Source: Camelus ferus
Taxonomy: Eukaryota
DNA length: 64,000 nucleotides
Reading direction: 5' to 3'
NCBI RefSeq assembly: GCF_009834535.1
Contig: NC_045707.1
Coordinates: forward strand, 59,770,001-59,834,000
Shown: positions 40,101 through 54,338 of the stretch, in pieces
Position numbering within the stretch: the first letter of the stretch is position 1
Layout: every line of letters starts with the position of its first letter
Translations under genes and position numbers: made by a program
Notes under the pieces: generated by a model
Database searches by the model: none
What the model saw: the letters and a program-made list of their open reading frames with translations, nothing else
What the model was told of the DNA's origin: nothing

Positions 40101-43100
40101 AGGCCATTGGGAAAAAAAATCTACATTTATATCTCTATCTATCTATATCTATATAGATATATAGATGTATCTCCTTCTACTTCAATCCAGAAGCATGGGG
40201 TTAGACCACGTTAACAAGAGTGAAGACACATGAGACTCTGAAGCTTCCGCTAGTAATTTTAATGAAAAGTCACAGAAGATCTGTAGATGACTGAGAGGTT
40301 CTAAGTGGGTTTGATGTGTCACAACATGCAAAGCATTCAAAAAATTTTGTTGTGTACCAAGTCAGTTCAGTCAGCAATTAATTCCAAAATGTACCATGTC
40401 TAGTCACTTCTCTGAGAAGTGCAAAGTGACATGGTATTTGAAGAGGGTTTTTATTCAGTTTGATGCTTTATAAGGTCATTAGTTTGACATGGAATTAAGA
40501 AATATCATGATACAAAAGTTCTGACCAACAAAAATTGACTAACTAACTTAAACATTCTTAGAAATAATTTTGTAAAAACTATGGTTAAAGGTAGCTGCCA
40601 AAAAAAAAAAAAAAGAAAAAAGAAAGAAAGAAAAAGAAAAGAAAATCTGACGCAAAGAAATTTTGCCAAGCATATTAGATTAGTTCACTTAACCCACTGC
40701 CAAGAGCTAGAACAACGAAAACACTCAAACTGTTTCTAGAAATACAAGTAATGTGAAGTGCTATCTTTCTAATATGCTAGTGGAATTCTATTAAGATTCA
40801 GGAGAGTAGGAACAAAGAATGCAGTTTCTTGTCTATGTGCATGTTAGAGATACTCTTCCAGGACATTGTTCCTGAAAAGTTACAGAATACCATCTCCATT
40901 AATTTACTAATTACACTATGGTTATGTAATATACTTCTAAGCACTTGTAAGTTAATTTCTACTGGTACCTATGGGGAAAAGCAAGATATATCACATTAAT
41001 GTCCATTTCCCAGATGTAAAAACCAGTACAAAGAGGACAAGTAAGTTTCAACACCACAAAGAACATCAGCAGATTCAAAGCTGAACTCAGTTTTTTCCAC
41101 TTCTGCTTTTCATCCATGAGTCTTGGGAAGCTACAGGGCATCCAAAATGTCAATTACTTGACAAGAGCTCCAAACAGGAAACAGTTGCGCAGAATCAAGT
41201 CCAGGAAAACTCCCAAGTTTTAGATTCACAAAATAAATCGATGTTCAGATTTATTATTTTTGCTTCATAATTGAGAGAGTCTGTGCAAAAGCATTTTGTT
41301 TCTGAAGTGATTTTAAGTGTTCTGGAGAGAGCTAAATCTTTTAATGACTTGACATATATGAAATATATTAGGATATTTATAAGAAAAAAGTGTACATCCT
41401 AATAAGAATAATCATCGACTGATTTTTTTTGTTAGGATCCATTAAATAACTACTGACTTTCAAAATGAAGCTAAGATGTATACTACTATGAAAAGTAATT
41501 CCTCTTAAAAATTGTAGTTGAGATTTGTCTCTGCTGATGCTCGTATTAGAACCATATTAGAAGAGCTCAAGATTCCATGCTCTTCCAGGTTCAGGTCATA
41601 TAACTAGGTCTTTGGGGATTGGTTCAGTCTTTAACATTAGCAAATTGAACAGAAACAAATTAAAAGATTGCTTGAAAATATATACGGAAGGAAAACATAT
41701 GCCTTTTAACTAAACAAACATTTATTGAGTGTTTACTGCATGCCAGGCACAATGCTAATTGCTGAAAATACAAAATCAATAATGAAAAGGTTGCAATTTA
41801 ACAAGAAGGAAACAAATGCAGTGGGAAGTACTTGCCTATATTCAAAGGCCCTTTGCCAGACTATGACAATGGACATGTTCCTGAACTTCTCAATACCTCA
41901 GTTTTTAAATTATCAAGTGGGGATTTATCTAACTCACCATTTATTGTGATTAAGCAGAAGTTTCATAGATAAAGGGCTTTTTATACTTGAAGACACCATG
42001 TTGGATATGATCCCTTGCTCTACCTAGCAAGTATCTTTGTAGCCCCTAAGATACTTTATTTATACTCAAACTGTTCCCTTTCCATTCCACTGCCTGTCTC
42101 TTAAAGGCACTGGATGTTTATAAAACATAATACCTTCCAGAGCAGACACATGGTAGGGCACCCAGTCATTATAAATAAAAATGTTTTGAAACATAGAAAA
42201 AGAGAAAGTTAAAACTAGTCGGTAGTAAAAGAAAAAAGGTAGAATTCAAGCTGGTCCCTTGAAAAGCAAGTAGGGATTTAGTAAATAGTAGAAAGCAGAC
42301 AGAACACGCACAGACTTGCATACTATGAGAATGCAGAAAAGCACACTTTTTTTACCCCAGAAGTTCTCATCCTAAGTCTGTTTTATCTTTTGACTTCCAG
42401 TGTGGGAAGAGTGATCAGGGCCAGTGAAGGTAATCATGGTAACTCACCCCTTGGCAGGTATTCAAGTAGCACATTAAAAGCAGAGTTTCAGAGAAGTCTC
42501 AGTAATGGATGGAGGTTACAGATGAACAGGTTGAGTTGGTCCCTAATTTGAAGAAAGTCTTTTTATATGAAAATGAGAAAACAATCTCAAAGTCTTTCAA
42601 CAACTGTTGAGAAATACAGTATGCACTTCTAAGAAGTTTAATTTACTCATTAAAGTTATAATACTATTTTTTCACCATTCATAATGGAGATTCGCGAATG
42701 TTATTTTAGTTCCCCAAAATGATTAACTGGGCTTTCTGGAGTAGTTTGCACAGTGATAAGTCTACCTGAAATTTCATTAACTTTTTATTAAATCGTATCT
42801 CTTAGTTACACAAAAGGGTAATCTTCTTTGCTTTGAAGTATGAATCATAAAAGCTAGAGGTTGTTCAATAATAACTTTCCGTCTTTATAAAAGAATTATA
42901 TTTTCTCAATTATAGATAATCAGGGACTGTAGGAACACCCTCTACTCTAATAGCTTTGATGGGGAAAACACAATCAAAATGGACAAACACATCAAAGACT
43001 TATTCCAATTGAAGAAAATAAAATGATTGTGAAAATATACAACTTAAAATCAGAAATAAGATGGAAATTGTAAAATATCTGAAAGCTCATATAAGATTCT

Positions 43101-44470
43101 GAAAAAAATATCAACTGTAATCCAGCTATAAAAAATGTTCCACTATTAATAACTGATTGCTTTACACCTTCAATCAAGGGCCAGGACACCAAGCTCCTTG
43201 ATGGCATGAACTTGGGACTGTTTGTTATCAGCATTCAAAACAGTACCTATAATTTCAGAGGGGCCAAATCCGTCCCTCAATTTAGGGGTGACAAGTTTAG
43301 GCTGATGCTAACTAATGTATCCCATTTGGTTGGAGTTGCCAATAATCATATGCATCTCCTTTTTTCTCCCTCAATAAACTGTGTCCAAGAATGGTAACAT
43401 ACAGAGGAAAGCAATGCTAAGAAATAGACATGATATTTTAAAATATATTTTGGGGGACTGGGTCTAAAGCCATTTCATGATTTTAAGGTTTCCAAGTTTC
43501 GTTAGCCAATAAATTCCCTTTTAATTTCAAACCAGGTATGAGCTAGTTTCTGTCATTTATTTCACTATCATGAGAGAAAGGGTCCTGATTAATACACATG
43601 CAAATATGACAAAGGTACAATCTCCTTTAAGCTAACACAGAAATAGGGTTAGTGTAACATCAGGGCAACAATAAGTTTCCTTCACTCTGCTTTTCACTGT
43701 CTCTTGCACCTTGAAAATGACTTACTATGTGCTGTTAAGTTTCTAAAATCGTATCGTAAAATCTTTCATTTCACAAATATAAAGCAGATTTAAAATTCAA
43801 ATATCCTAGAAAGCAGTAACACTATTCCAGAAACTCATATATGAATGGGAAGTTACTAGAAATACTGAGGGTCTTTGATCTGCTAGGACCGGTCATAGAG
43901 AACAGACAGATGAATGAATCTTTGAAATGTGGAAAATAAAAATTTCTTATACAATTTCTTTAGTTCACTTAGATTTTTTTTTGTAATACAGCTTTTAGCC
44001 AGGCTAGTTTACTAATGTCCAGATGGTTAACGTGGAGCCCAGTTCATGCCACTTCAGCAAATACAGAGAATTGGCTCTTTACTATTATTACCCTCAGCAA
44101 TTAACCATTATTGGAAAATCCACACACTTATTAGCAGGAATATTTCCCCAGGAAAAAAAAGCTGGTATGTTTTACTAAAAGGCAGTTTTTATGAAATTGC
44201 ATAAAATTGTCAAAGGATTTGAGGGCAACAATTGCTGGATTATTATGGAATTTCCAGAATTTGTATACCCAATACTATCTTGGAAACCAAGCAAAGAGGA
44301 ATCAGGGCTGCCTGACTGAATAGTAAGTATTTGGGACATGGTAGCTTTTGTTTGTGCTTCAAAGTGTGAACTGTGTTAACAATATCTCATCAACTCCAGA
44401 TTTGGCACTACTGCTACTAATCCAATCCATATGAATCGCTTGCCAATTATTTTTAAGTGCTACACATACA

Positions 44471-44471
<1 letters not shown>

Positions 44472-44510
<39 letters not shown>
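44472..44510. repeat. (CA)n microsatellite, ~19 units
   Basis: Read directly. Confidence 0.97.
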
Positions 44511-44514
<4 letters not shown>

Positions 44515-45139
44515 AGTCTGTTTCTAATCCTAAAGCTTTTTAATAGCTTTAAATATTATTAACACTAACAGAGAAGAATGTTCTTTACCCAATTTAAAAG
44601 TGACAGTGAACAAGATGAATGAAAATAGAATAGAAAAGGGCCTCAGATGAATGCTCTTTTAAATGTGTTCATTCAATAGATGTTTAATTGATCTTCCACA
44701 GCTCAGATAAAGCTAAAAATGTCAGGGATCTCACTAAGATCATCCATTCCATTCCTCAAGTATTACAAATGAGAGACATGTCACATAAAGAAGTCAAATG
44801 TGGTGTAGAAGGTCATGCAGATGAGTACTTGCAAGGCCAGCAGTAGAATCAAAATCAAACCCTGTGGTCCAACTGTCTTTCTACCTCTGCAACATTTTTA
44901 AGTGATTCACACTGCAGGAAATAAAACTGCTTTCACCTGATCAGCAATTATTCTTCTATCATCAGGATCTCATTTCATTTGGAAAATTACTGCCTTCTCA
45001 CTGATTATAACTCTGTTGAATTGTCAAAAAAGAAATTCTACTCTCCCTGGACCAAGGTGGACACATATGGCTGAAATCAAGCAAGACAGACTCGTTTGCT
45101 CAGGAACTTGAACCCTCATAATTTGTTTGTGTACACGGA

Positions 45140-45710
45140 AAATGTTACAGATATTTTGCAAAAAATTTGGTGGCTTCTTATGAAGTTAATCATACCATGC
45201 CATATGACTCCTAGATCTTTACCAAGATAAAAATAAACGTATGCCTACAAAGCAATTTTTATGCAAATATTCATGGTAGCTTTATTCAGAAGAGTTAAGA
45301 ACCAGAAATGACTCACCTACCTATAACTGTTGAATGGGTAAATGAATTGTGGTAAATCCATAAAGTGGAATATTCATCCACAATAAGAGTAAATAAACTA
45401 CTGATATATGCAATACATGGATGGATTGCAAAAATATGTTGAGTGAAGGGAGACACAATCTTATATACTATATGATTCCATTTATATAACTGTGGAATAA
45501 GAAAAATTCAGCTGCTGCCAGCGGCTAGAAAGAGCGAAAGGGATCAAAGATGTACGAGAAAACTCTGTAGGGATGAGGAAGGTTCTGGGTTACAAGGAGT
45601 ATGTAGACTGCTGTGGTGGATATAGGATCTCATACATTGATCAAAACTTATCAAACTACAGTCTAAAGAATGACTCTGATGTATGTATTAATAAATCTGT
45701 AAAACAAAAT
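45140..45710 (+). mobile_element. Ancient L1 (L1MC/ME-like) 3' fragment
   Basis: Decayed ORF2 end and 3' UTR (ACATGGATGGATTGCAAAAATATGTTGAGTGAA...TATGATTCCATTTATATAA). Confidence 0.75.
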
Positions 45711-45729
45711 TGTTTTTTATTATTTTAGA

Positions 45730-47830
45730 AAGGGAAAAATAGAAACATTTTTCAGATAAATAAAACTGGAGACAACTGGTCATTAGTAGAACATCCCATT
45801 ACAAAAATTTTTAAAGAAAGCTCTTCAGGCTGAAGGGAAGTGATATCAATAGGAATAAAGATAAATAGGAATTTCTGATATGTAGGTAACTAAAAAATAC
45901 TATTTATTTTCCACCTGTTAATTTCTTTAAAAGGCATTTGTTTATGTTAAAGCAAAAGTAATAATATTTATGTTAGAATTTTTAATGTTTATAGAACTAA
46001 AATATATGACAACAATAGTACAAAGGAATTAGTAAAGTATACTTTTATATGGTTCTTACATTTATGTGAAGTGATATAGTATTAACTATAAGTAGACTGA
46101 GACAGTTAAGGATGAATGTTGCAATCCCTAGAGCAACTACTAGAAAAAAAAATCAAAAAGCTATAAGCCAGTAAACAAATTACAACAGTAAATAAACACA
46201 AAATTTCATTAACCTGAATGAAAACATGCAAAGAACAGAGGGGGGAAATACATGTGACAAATAGAAAACTAATACAGATAGTAAACTTATTTCTAGGCAT
46301 CAGAAAAAATACAGTAAGTTTAAATATACTAAATACTTCATTAAAAGGCAGACATTTTCAACCAAAATGAAAAGGCAAGAATAACTATATATCCTCTACA
46401 AAAGATACATTTTAAACGTAAAAACACAGAAGTAGAATGTAAAAAACAAACAAACAAACAAACAAAAACAAAGGAAAAAACTATACTATGCAAATAGTAT
46501 GCATATACTATGCAAACAGAAAGCAGATATAACTGTCTGATGTTAGACTAAGTAATCATTGAGACAGGAAGTATCACTGGAGTTAAAGAAAGATATTTTG
46601 TACTAATGGGTCAATTCATTGAAGAGACAGAAAAATCCTAAATGTGTATGCACCTAATGACAAAACTTCAAAATTCCTAAAGCAATAACTGAAAAATAAA
46701 GAGAGATTAATAGATTCACAATAGGAGTCAGACGTTGATACCCATCTTTTAGTAACTGATAGAACTAGAAAAATCAAAATGTAAGAATAAACAAAGAGGA
46801 AATGCAGATGGCCAATAGGCACATAAAAAGATGCTTAATATCACTAATCATCAGGGAAATGTAAATCAAAACCACGATGAGATATCACCTCACACCTCTC
46901 AGAATGGCTGTCCTCTAAAAGACCACAAATAGCAATGGTTGATGAGGATGTGGTGAAAAGGGAACCCTCGTACACTGTTGGTGGGAATGTAAATTGGTGC
47001 AGCCACTGTGGAAAACAGTATGGAGGTTTCTCAAAAAGCTAATATTATATGACCCAGCAGTTCCACTCTTGGGTATATATCCCAAAAAATCAAAAACACT
47101 AATTCAAAAAGATACATGCACCCCAATGTTCATAGTAGCTTATTGACAATTGCCAAGATATGGAAGCAACCTAAGTGCCCATCAACAGAAAATGGATAAA
47201 AGAAAATATGGTAGATAGATAGGTATACAATGGAATACTACTCAGCCATAAAAAAGAGCAGAATTTTGCCATTTGCAGCAACATGGATGGACTTGGAGGA
47301 TATTATGCTAAGTAAAATAAGTCACACAAAGACAAATACGATAAATCACTTACATGTGGAATCTAAAAAAGTACAACAAATCAGTGAATATAACAAAACA
47401 AAAAAAAAAGAGCAGACTCACAGATACAGAGAACAAACTAGAGGTTACCAGTGGGGAGAGGGGAGGGAGAGGGACAGTATAGAGGTAGGGGATTAATACT
47501 AACTACTATGTATAAAATAAGTTGCAAGGATATATTGTACAACATGGAGAATATAGCAAATATTTTATAATAACTATATAATTTAAAATAAATATTTAAT
47601 AGTTATAAATAGAGTATAACCTTTAGAAATTATGAATCACTATATTGTAAATTTGTAACATAATATTGCATAGCAATTATACTTCAATTAAAAATTAAAA
47701 TAAATATGTAACAGAAAAATTTGTGACATGTAGCTCAAATAACAATAGAAGGAAATTTATATGTTCAAATGCTTATAAAAAACGTTTTCTCACTTAAGCT
47801 TCTAACTCAAGAAGCTAGAAAAATTAGCAA
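45730..47830 (+). mobile_element. Ancient L1 (ORF1 end to ORF2 EN region) interrupted by a younger L1
   Basis: EN-like remnant CTAAATGTGTATGCACCTAAT at ~46640. The host element resumes after ~47700 with NLWD/GKFI-like sequence. Confidence 0.7.
46795..47700 (+). mobile_element. Younger 5'-truncated L1 3' end, nested in an older L1
   Basis: ORF2 C-terminus ([28 protein letters not shown]), 3' UTR and A-rich end. Confidence 0.9.
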
Positions 47831-48289
47831 CTTAGAGCAAATTCTGTTCTAACTGGACTCTCATCACCACTGCTATTTAACTTGTAAATTCTTGCTCATC
47901 TTTCCAGGTTCATTTCAACTCTCACCTCTTTTGGAAAGCCCTTAATTCCTAGTTAATTGTACTCATTTCTTTCTTCTCAAATTCTTGGCACATATTTTGT
48001 TTTTAACTATGGCACTGTAAATAATTTTATTCCTTTCTTTCTAGTCTGTAAGTACTCTGAGAGCAGAATTAACATCCTATTGCTCCTTTTATCCATGGTG
48101 TTTGTCATAGGAGCTGTCCTATGTGGGAAACATTAAATTGTACTTAATGTGTGAGTGACTGAGGGAATGAGTCAGAGTGAAATGCAAATCCACGGTGTAC
48201 ACAATTCTGAAAAAATGAGAATATGAAATTGAAAGGATGTCTGCCAGCTTCATGTGAAAAATGGAACTTGTCGCCAAACAACAAACAAA

Positions 48290-48460
48290 AAAATGAATTA
48301 GCATCTCCATTTTACAGACGAAAAGATTGAGCAAGAGAGATTAAGCATGACTCATGAGGAATCAGGATTTATATACTGGTCAGGGTGATAACTCATAAGG
48401 AATCGGGATTTATATCTAGGACAGTCTGACTTCAATGTCCTTGAACTTAGCTACTATACT
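48290..48460 (-). mobile_element. MIR fragment with internal 41-bp tandem duplication
   Basis: CTCCATTTTACAGACGAAAAGATTGAG core. Duplicated ACTCATRAGGAATCRGGATTTATAT. Confidence 0.7.
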
Positions 48461-49795
48461 TGGTCAGCTAGTTGAAGCCACTTCAGCCTGCTCATCACTG
48501 TTGGGAGATGCCCCAAGACAAGCCTGAGGGCAGATGAAGGGAGAAGGAAGGAAAGGTGGATGATGATACAGTAATGGTGCATCTAGACACACAGAGAGGG
48601 CTGGGAGAGTAATGGGCTCAAGGAAGCCTGGAGAGAGATGACTGGAAGGTAAAAGGGTTGTGGGAGTTAATCACACAATCCAGGCTCCTCCAGACCTGGA
48701 GAGTCACACAGGATACCAAGATGTGCTAACTCCTCTGGGTGAGGGAAACTGGGTCAGAAGCAGAGAAATGCAGCTCTTTAATAAGATGAAGAGCTCAGCT
48801 GCCAGAGGGGGAATACCAGCGAGAGGTTTCCCATCCCATCACCAAAGATGAAACTAATGAGCTAAATCTATGCTGCTTTTGAACTGGTAGTAGTTGGAAA
48901 TAATTACCGACTGTACATGGGTTAGTGATAAAGCACAGTCGCTTCCAGTATGTTTGTGTTCAAGCAGTATTAGATTATAAACAGGTGAACAGATGAGTGT
49001 AGGAAGCCCATGCATACATCGCTCCATGTAGTTATTTACTCATTCAGCAAATGTATTTGCACCAATCATGTCTCAGGCACAAGAACAGTCACCAGGGATA
49101 ACAGGAAAATAGAGGAATGGTCCCTGCACTCAAGGAACTCAAAGCCTTGCTACATGTCACAGAAAAGAATGATGAGAGCATCATATCAATGTAGAGCCTA
49201 GAGAACCAGAAGATTCTTACTCAGCCATAACAGAGAAAAGCTACTTTAGGTACATTTAGCAACTTAAAAAATATCTTCAGGGAAAAGGCTGTGACTTGCC
49301 AGAAGTTCCTCCTTAGGAAAGAGCCAGTGTCACTTGTTAGGAAGCCAGAGAAAGTTTCCAAAATCAGAAAGCACCCAGTGAAGGGTCTTTCTGTGTTGGC
49401 CACAATTCTACAGAAAATTCAGAAAGCACAGATGGCTCTCAAGCCCTCACTGACTCCATTAAATATTGAACTTCTTGCTAGATGCTATCATGTCTTATGC
49501 CCAAGAGTAGACATGGAATCATGTGAAAACTCCCCTCAGTGGTTCTCATTCTCAGGTCCATGAACACCCCCCTACTTTCCACCTCCAGTCCCAAACCCAG
49601 GACACAGCTATGAAAGGCTAGCCACCCAGAACAGATTTCACTGCAGGGATCAGGCATACTACAGGGAGTACACCAGCCATGGACAGTGGTGCCTGAGGGA
49701 GAGGCAGTCCAAGGGGAAGACGTGGGAGAGCATGTTAGTACAGACAACTTTGTCCTACTTATTTAATCTTCCAATTTTGCCAAGGGTGTGCCTGA

Positions 49796-50160
49796 TGTAT
49801 TAACCATCTATTGCTGTTTGACAAGCTACCACAAGCTTAGTGGCTCAAAATAACACCTGCTTATTATTTCACAATCCCTGTGTGTCAGGAGACCAGGCAT
49901 AATTAATTAACGGGGGCCTCTGCTTTAGAGTCTATCCAAGGCTGCAGTGAAGGTGCTGGCCAGGGCTGAGGTCTTATCTGAAGGCTCAACCAGAGAGAAA
50001 TCTGCTTCCAAACTCACATGGTTGTTGGAAAAGTTTTGTACCTTGCAGGTTGTTAGACTGAGGGCCTCGTTTCTTGCTGGCTATAGACCAGAGGCTTCCT
50101 TTAGTTCCTCACCAAATGACTCTCTCTACCATTGCAGCTTATTTCCTAAAACCCAACAAG
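49796..50160 (-). mobile_element. MaLR LTR fragment (MLT1F/G-like)
   Basis: TGTATTAACCATCTATTGCTG...CTTAGTGGCTCAAAATAACA...TCTGCTTCCAAACTCACATGGTTGTTGG. Confidence 0.8.
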
Positions 50161-50788
50161 GATCACTTTAATTCAAAGCAATACCAGTAATGGTGGAATA
50201 TGAGCAAAAGATGTCTTTTTTAGGCTACAGGCCCAGATGATGTGGTAGCAAATCTTTTTAGAAAGTAGTGTCCGTAGGTTTTCTTTGCTTTAATTTATAT
50301 ATGGATGAAATGTGAGTTTTATAATCATTCATTTAACAGCTATTTATTGTTTTAAATTTAGGAGATACATTGGCATCAAGGTGGACAAAACTGTCTTTAA
50401 AAAGCTTACATTGAAGCAGAGGGAGAACCTCTATGATGATCTAGAAGGTTAATAAAAGATTATATTTATTATGTGCTTACTGGGTGCCAGTCAATGGGCT
50501 AAGTGTTTTACTGCATTTTACCTTTAAATGGCTCTTTCACTGAATACACTATATAACTTAATTTCGCTACATATTTTTTTTAACATTTTTTAATTGAGTT
50601 TAATGCTGTATCTGGTTTAGAGTAACCAGTCTGCGAGGGCATAATAAGTGGTGGGTATGTATTTTGATCCTTGGTCTTTCTTAATTCCAAAGTCCCTAAC
50701 TTTAACTATATAGCACATGTAGTTCAGAGAGCCATCATCTGGGAAATGGAGGATCAGGAACAGGAAAAGGATCAAAGTATTAGACACT

Positions 50789-51183
50789 GACAAAGACTCT
50801 CTGATGAAACTTTAGACAGGCTCATCTGAGCCCTCTTTCTGGCTCAGACTTGTCCTTGGGCTCTGTCTTCAGTCTGCCTAGTTCAGTCGTAGCAAGAATC
50901 CTACTAAGTCAGTTCAGTGAGACCCCCGACCCTTGATATCCGACACCCTGGCCTGACTTTAGCAAGAATCCCTGCCCCTACCCTTGATACCTGCTCTTGG
51001 TCTTCCCTATCCACGGACCCCCTCCTCCTGTACTCTGGCTGTAACTCCCCCCTTATCCTTTCTGTACTCAGAGTTGAGCCCTATCTCTCCCCCTTATTGT
51101 GGCAATCCTGACACCTATCACAATACTCCTGAATAAAGTCTTCCTCATCATTTTAACAAGCATCCAACCAGTGTTTTCTTCTA
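50789..51183 (+). mobile_element. ERV1-class solo LTR (MER31-like)
   Basis: AAACTTTAGACAGGCTCATCTGAGCCCTCT, repeated TAGCAAGAATCCT...ACCCTTGATA, and AATAAA at ~51132. Confidence 0.8.
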
Positions 51184-52259
51184 AAAATGTTATATATCTA
51201 AGAGGGCTATGCAAACCAGGGATAGCTCAAGGAGAGACCATTCATGTTAAAGGTAGTCTGGTAGTTGACTCATCTGTAAGCACTTGGTCTAGACACTGAA
51301 ACGGGTTGTGAAGGTTTGGGTGCATGACAGATTATAGCTTCAAAGGAAGGAGCGACCCTTTTTTTAAACCATCCCTGGGGTAGAAAATAGTGGCACTGAC
51401 GACATTCAATCACAAAATTCTACTGCAGATACTAGGATGATGTAAGAGAAAACTGGGCTGTATAAAAATAGAGATCAGAGGCACTATAAAGCTTGATAAT
51501 AAGGATAGAGTGGGGGGTTGCAATGCTGTAGCAAAACCCCAGGGACCTGCGTGGTGTCCCAATTATTCTGCTGATAAGAGACACAGTAGCCTACGTATTT
51601 CTCATATATCCTATTAGATCACTGTGTCAGCTGGGATTAAAGATTGTAAGCAGAGACAGATGCTCTTTCATTTGAAGGACATTAAAAAGGACCCCCAGAG
51701 AAATAAAACAAACTAGCTTCTGTGGTCCAGAAAGTCATAGGGCACGATGCCTTTTTGGGAGAAGAATGAAAGTCCAGAGCAAGACATAAAGTGGATAATT
51801 TTTGTGAGCACAGCTACCAGGAGAAGAATTCTATGAACCCGATGTTTTCAAGGCTAATCAGTTATGAAAGATGGTAACACGTGTTGCCCCAAGGCAGACG
51901 AATGGGTGAAATAATTTGTTCAACTCCATAATTACACCAAAACAGTATGAAGGGCTAACTCTAATAAGAGTTCCCAGCATCTCCAGTAAGTAACTAGAAG
52001 CCGTAATAAATAACAAGGTGTCAACAAAGGAACCTCCAGCTATGAGTGGTTCCATGGTTAGCAGGAATGGCATCTGCACAAAGCAGTCATTCAACTGGTG
52101 CCAGATAATGATGTGGGTCCAAATGATTTCTACATTACAGACTGAACTACAAGGTACAGAGGTTTGTTGATGGAAAGAATGACAAGCTTTTCTCATAGCC
52201 TATTATCTGGGCTCCAAGGTTGAGACAATTTTGTAGTGGTACTTGCTCGTGGGCGTTAG

Positions 52260-52725
52260 GGATCAGAAGTCACACCCCAGGATTCTGCATGGCTTCGCTC
52301 CTAACAACCTCTCCTTACTCTCTCCATTCTTCTCTGCAATCTGGACCCTGTGGTTTTCTTTGTCATTTGGAGGGCCTTCGTACATGCTGCCCCCCTAACC
52401 AGAAAGTCACCATGTCCCCCTACCATATCTGCTTGGTTAACTTCCATCCTTCAGATTTTAACTCAGACATAACTTGCTCAGAGATGCTTTCACTGACCTC
52501 CCAGAGTAGGTCAGTTGTCCTTTTTTATGACATTCTTAAAATTCTGTGCTTTTCCTTTGCAGCCTTATCATAGCTATAATTTCTGTGATTCTTTGATTAG
52601 CATCTGTCTCTCTCGATAGACTATACACTCTGTAAGGGCACTTGTCTTTTAAAGAATTACATGTTTTTGTACATTATCTCTCTTGTACACAATGGCACTA
52701 AAAAATGAATGGTTGAATGACTAAT
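52260..52725 (+). mobile_element. L2 3' end
   Basis: CCATCCTTCAGATTTTAACTCAGACATAACT...TAGACTATACACTCTGTAAGGGCA...TGAATGGTTGAATGA tail. Confidence 0.7.
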
Positions 52726-53500
52726 GAAAGATAATCACTAGACCTTTATATAAATAGCTAAATATGCTTCTTTGTTCTAAGCACTGACTGTGGCTCAGAA
52801 CTGTCACTAATGACAGTGCTGGATGGGGATGGGAAGGAGCTTTTGGCCCCACCATGAGTAGTTCATGGTGCCAGATTCAAAGTATACAGTACACTGTGCT
52901 CAATAAAGTGCTTTGACAAGTTCATGTGATCCTGACCACAATCTCACAAGGCTTGGTAATACCATCCTTATTACAAATTTGGCACAGTAAGGCTTAGAGA
53001 GGCAATGCTTTACTTAATGCCTTGGAGCTGTCTCAATGGTAGAGCAGTGCCTTTGACCCAGGTTGTTTCAGTCTTAGTCTATTTCTCATTCAAAATAACA
53101 ATATTTATAAAATGAGTTTTTACACTTGTAAAGCCAAAAATGTAAAGTATTTCTTTATGGATTTCTCATGTAACTATAAAATATAACCATTGTACCCTAT
53201 ATAAAATAATACTCATTTTGCATAAACAGATATATTTCATACTTAGAACTCCCAACACTCCTATGCTTGTCTTTCATTAATATATTCTGGTGTTTATTTG
53301 AGACCCAGTCTTAGTCATAGAACTTCTCAACTAAGCTGTGTACTAGAATCACTGGAGGGAGCTTTAGACAAATACAGAGGGACATTTGGCATCCATGAAT
53401 AAGCACTTGTCATCACTGCTAAAGGTGATACCACAGTGTAAAGGTACAGTCCCTATATTTAAATGGGCTTAGAGTTTAACAAGCTTTATGAGTATATTAA

Positions 53501-53505
<5 letters not shown>

Positions 53506-53534
<29 letters not shown>
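53506..53534. repeat. (TG)n microsatellite, ~14 units
   Basis: Read directly. Confidence 0.95.
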
Positions 53535-53536
<2 letters not shown>

Positions 53537-53569
53537 TAAAATTTGACATAGGAAAGTGATGTGGGTAAG

Positions 53570-53740
53570 ACCTTACATGATTTGAATTCTGACAGATCTG
53601 AGTTCGAATCCCAGATCCTCCATTTACTAGCTGTAAGACATGGGGGAAGTTACTTTCTAAGCCTCAATGATTTCATACATAAATGGTTATATAATAACAA
53701 ACCTCACAGCACTGTATCTAGTATAAAGCAATCACTCAAA
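53570..53740 (+). mobile_element. MIR SINE
   Basis: GACAGATCTGAGTTCGAATCCCAGATCCTCCATTTACTAGCTGT. Confidence 0.75.
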
Positions 53741-53789
53741 AATGAAAACAGCAGTAGTAAGATACACCTTAAAAAAGGTATATTATGTG

Positions 53790-54338
53790 AAAATCCTAAA
53801 TGTCCACTGACCACTGACTGGATAAAGTTGTGATATATACATACAATGGAATACTGCTACTCAGCATAAAAAAGAATGAAATAATGTCATTTGCAGCAAC
53901 GTGGATGGACCCAGAGATTATCATACTGAGTGAAGTAAGTCAGACAAAGACAAATACCATATGTTATTCCTTACATGTGAAATCTAAAAAATGAAACAAA
54001 TGAACTTATTTACAAAACGGATACAGACCCACAGACATAGAAAACAAATTTATGGTCACCAAAGGGTAAAGAGAGGGGTATAAATTAGAATTTTGGGATT
54101 AGAAGATACAAACTACTATATACAGAATAGATAAGCAAAAAGGTCCCACTGTATAGCACAGGGAACTAAATAGCTTGTAATCACCTATAATGAAAAAGAA
54201 TATGAACACACTATATATATAATATATATTATATATATAATATATATATGCATAACTGAATCACTATGCTGTACACCAGAAACTAACACAACATTGTAAA
54301 TCAACTACACTTCAATTTAAAAAAAGAAAAAAAAAGAA
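53790..54338 (+). mobile_element. 5'-truncated L1 3' end
   Basis: CCTAAATGTCCACTGAC...ATGGAATACTGCTACTCAGC...CACAACATTGTAAATCAACTACACTTCAAT plus A-rich tail. Internal TA-rich repeat at ~54212-54249. Confidence 0.9.

Noticed and set aside
42440..42560. Minus-strand exon-like segment ending GGG|gtgagt
   Set aside because: Stops in all three frames, and it probably overlaps a decayed MaLR LTR.
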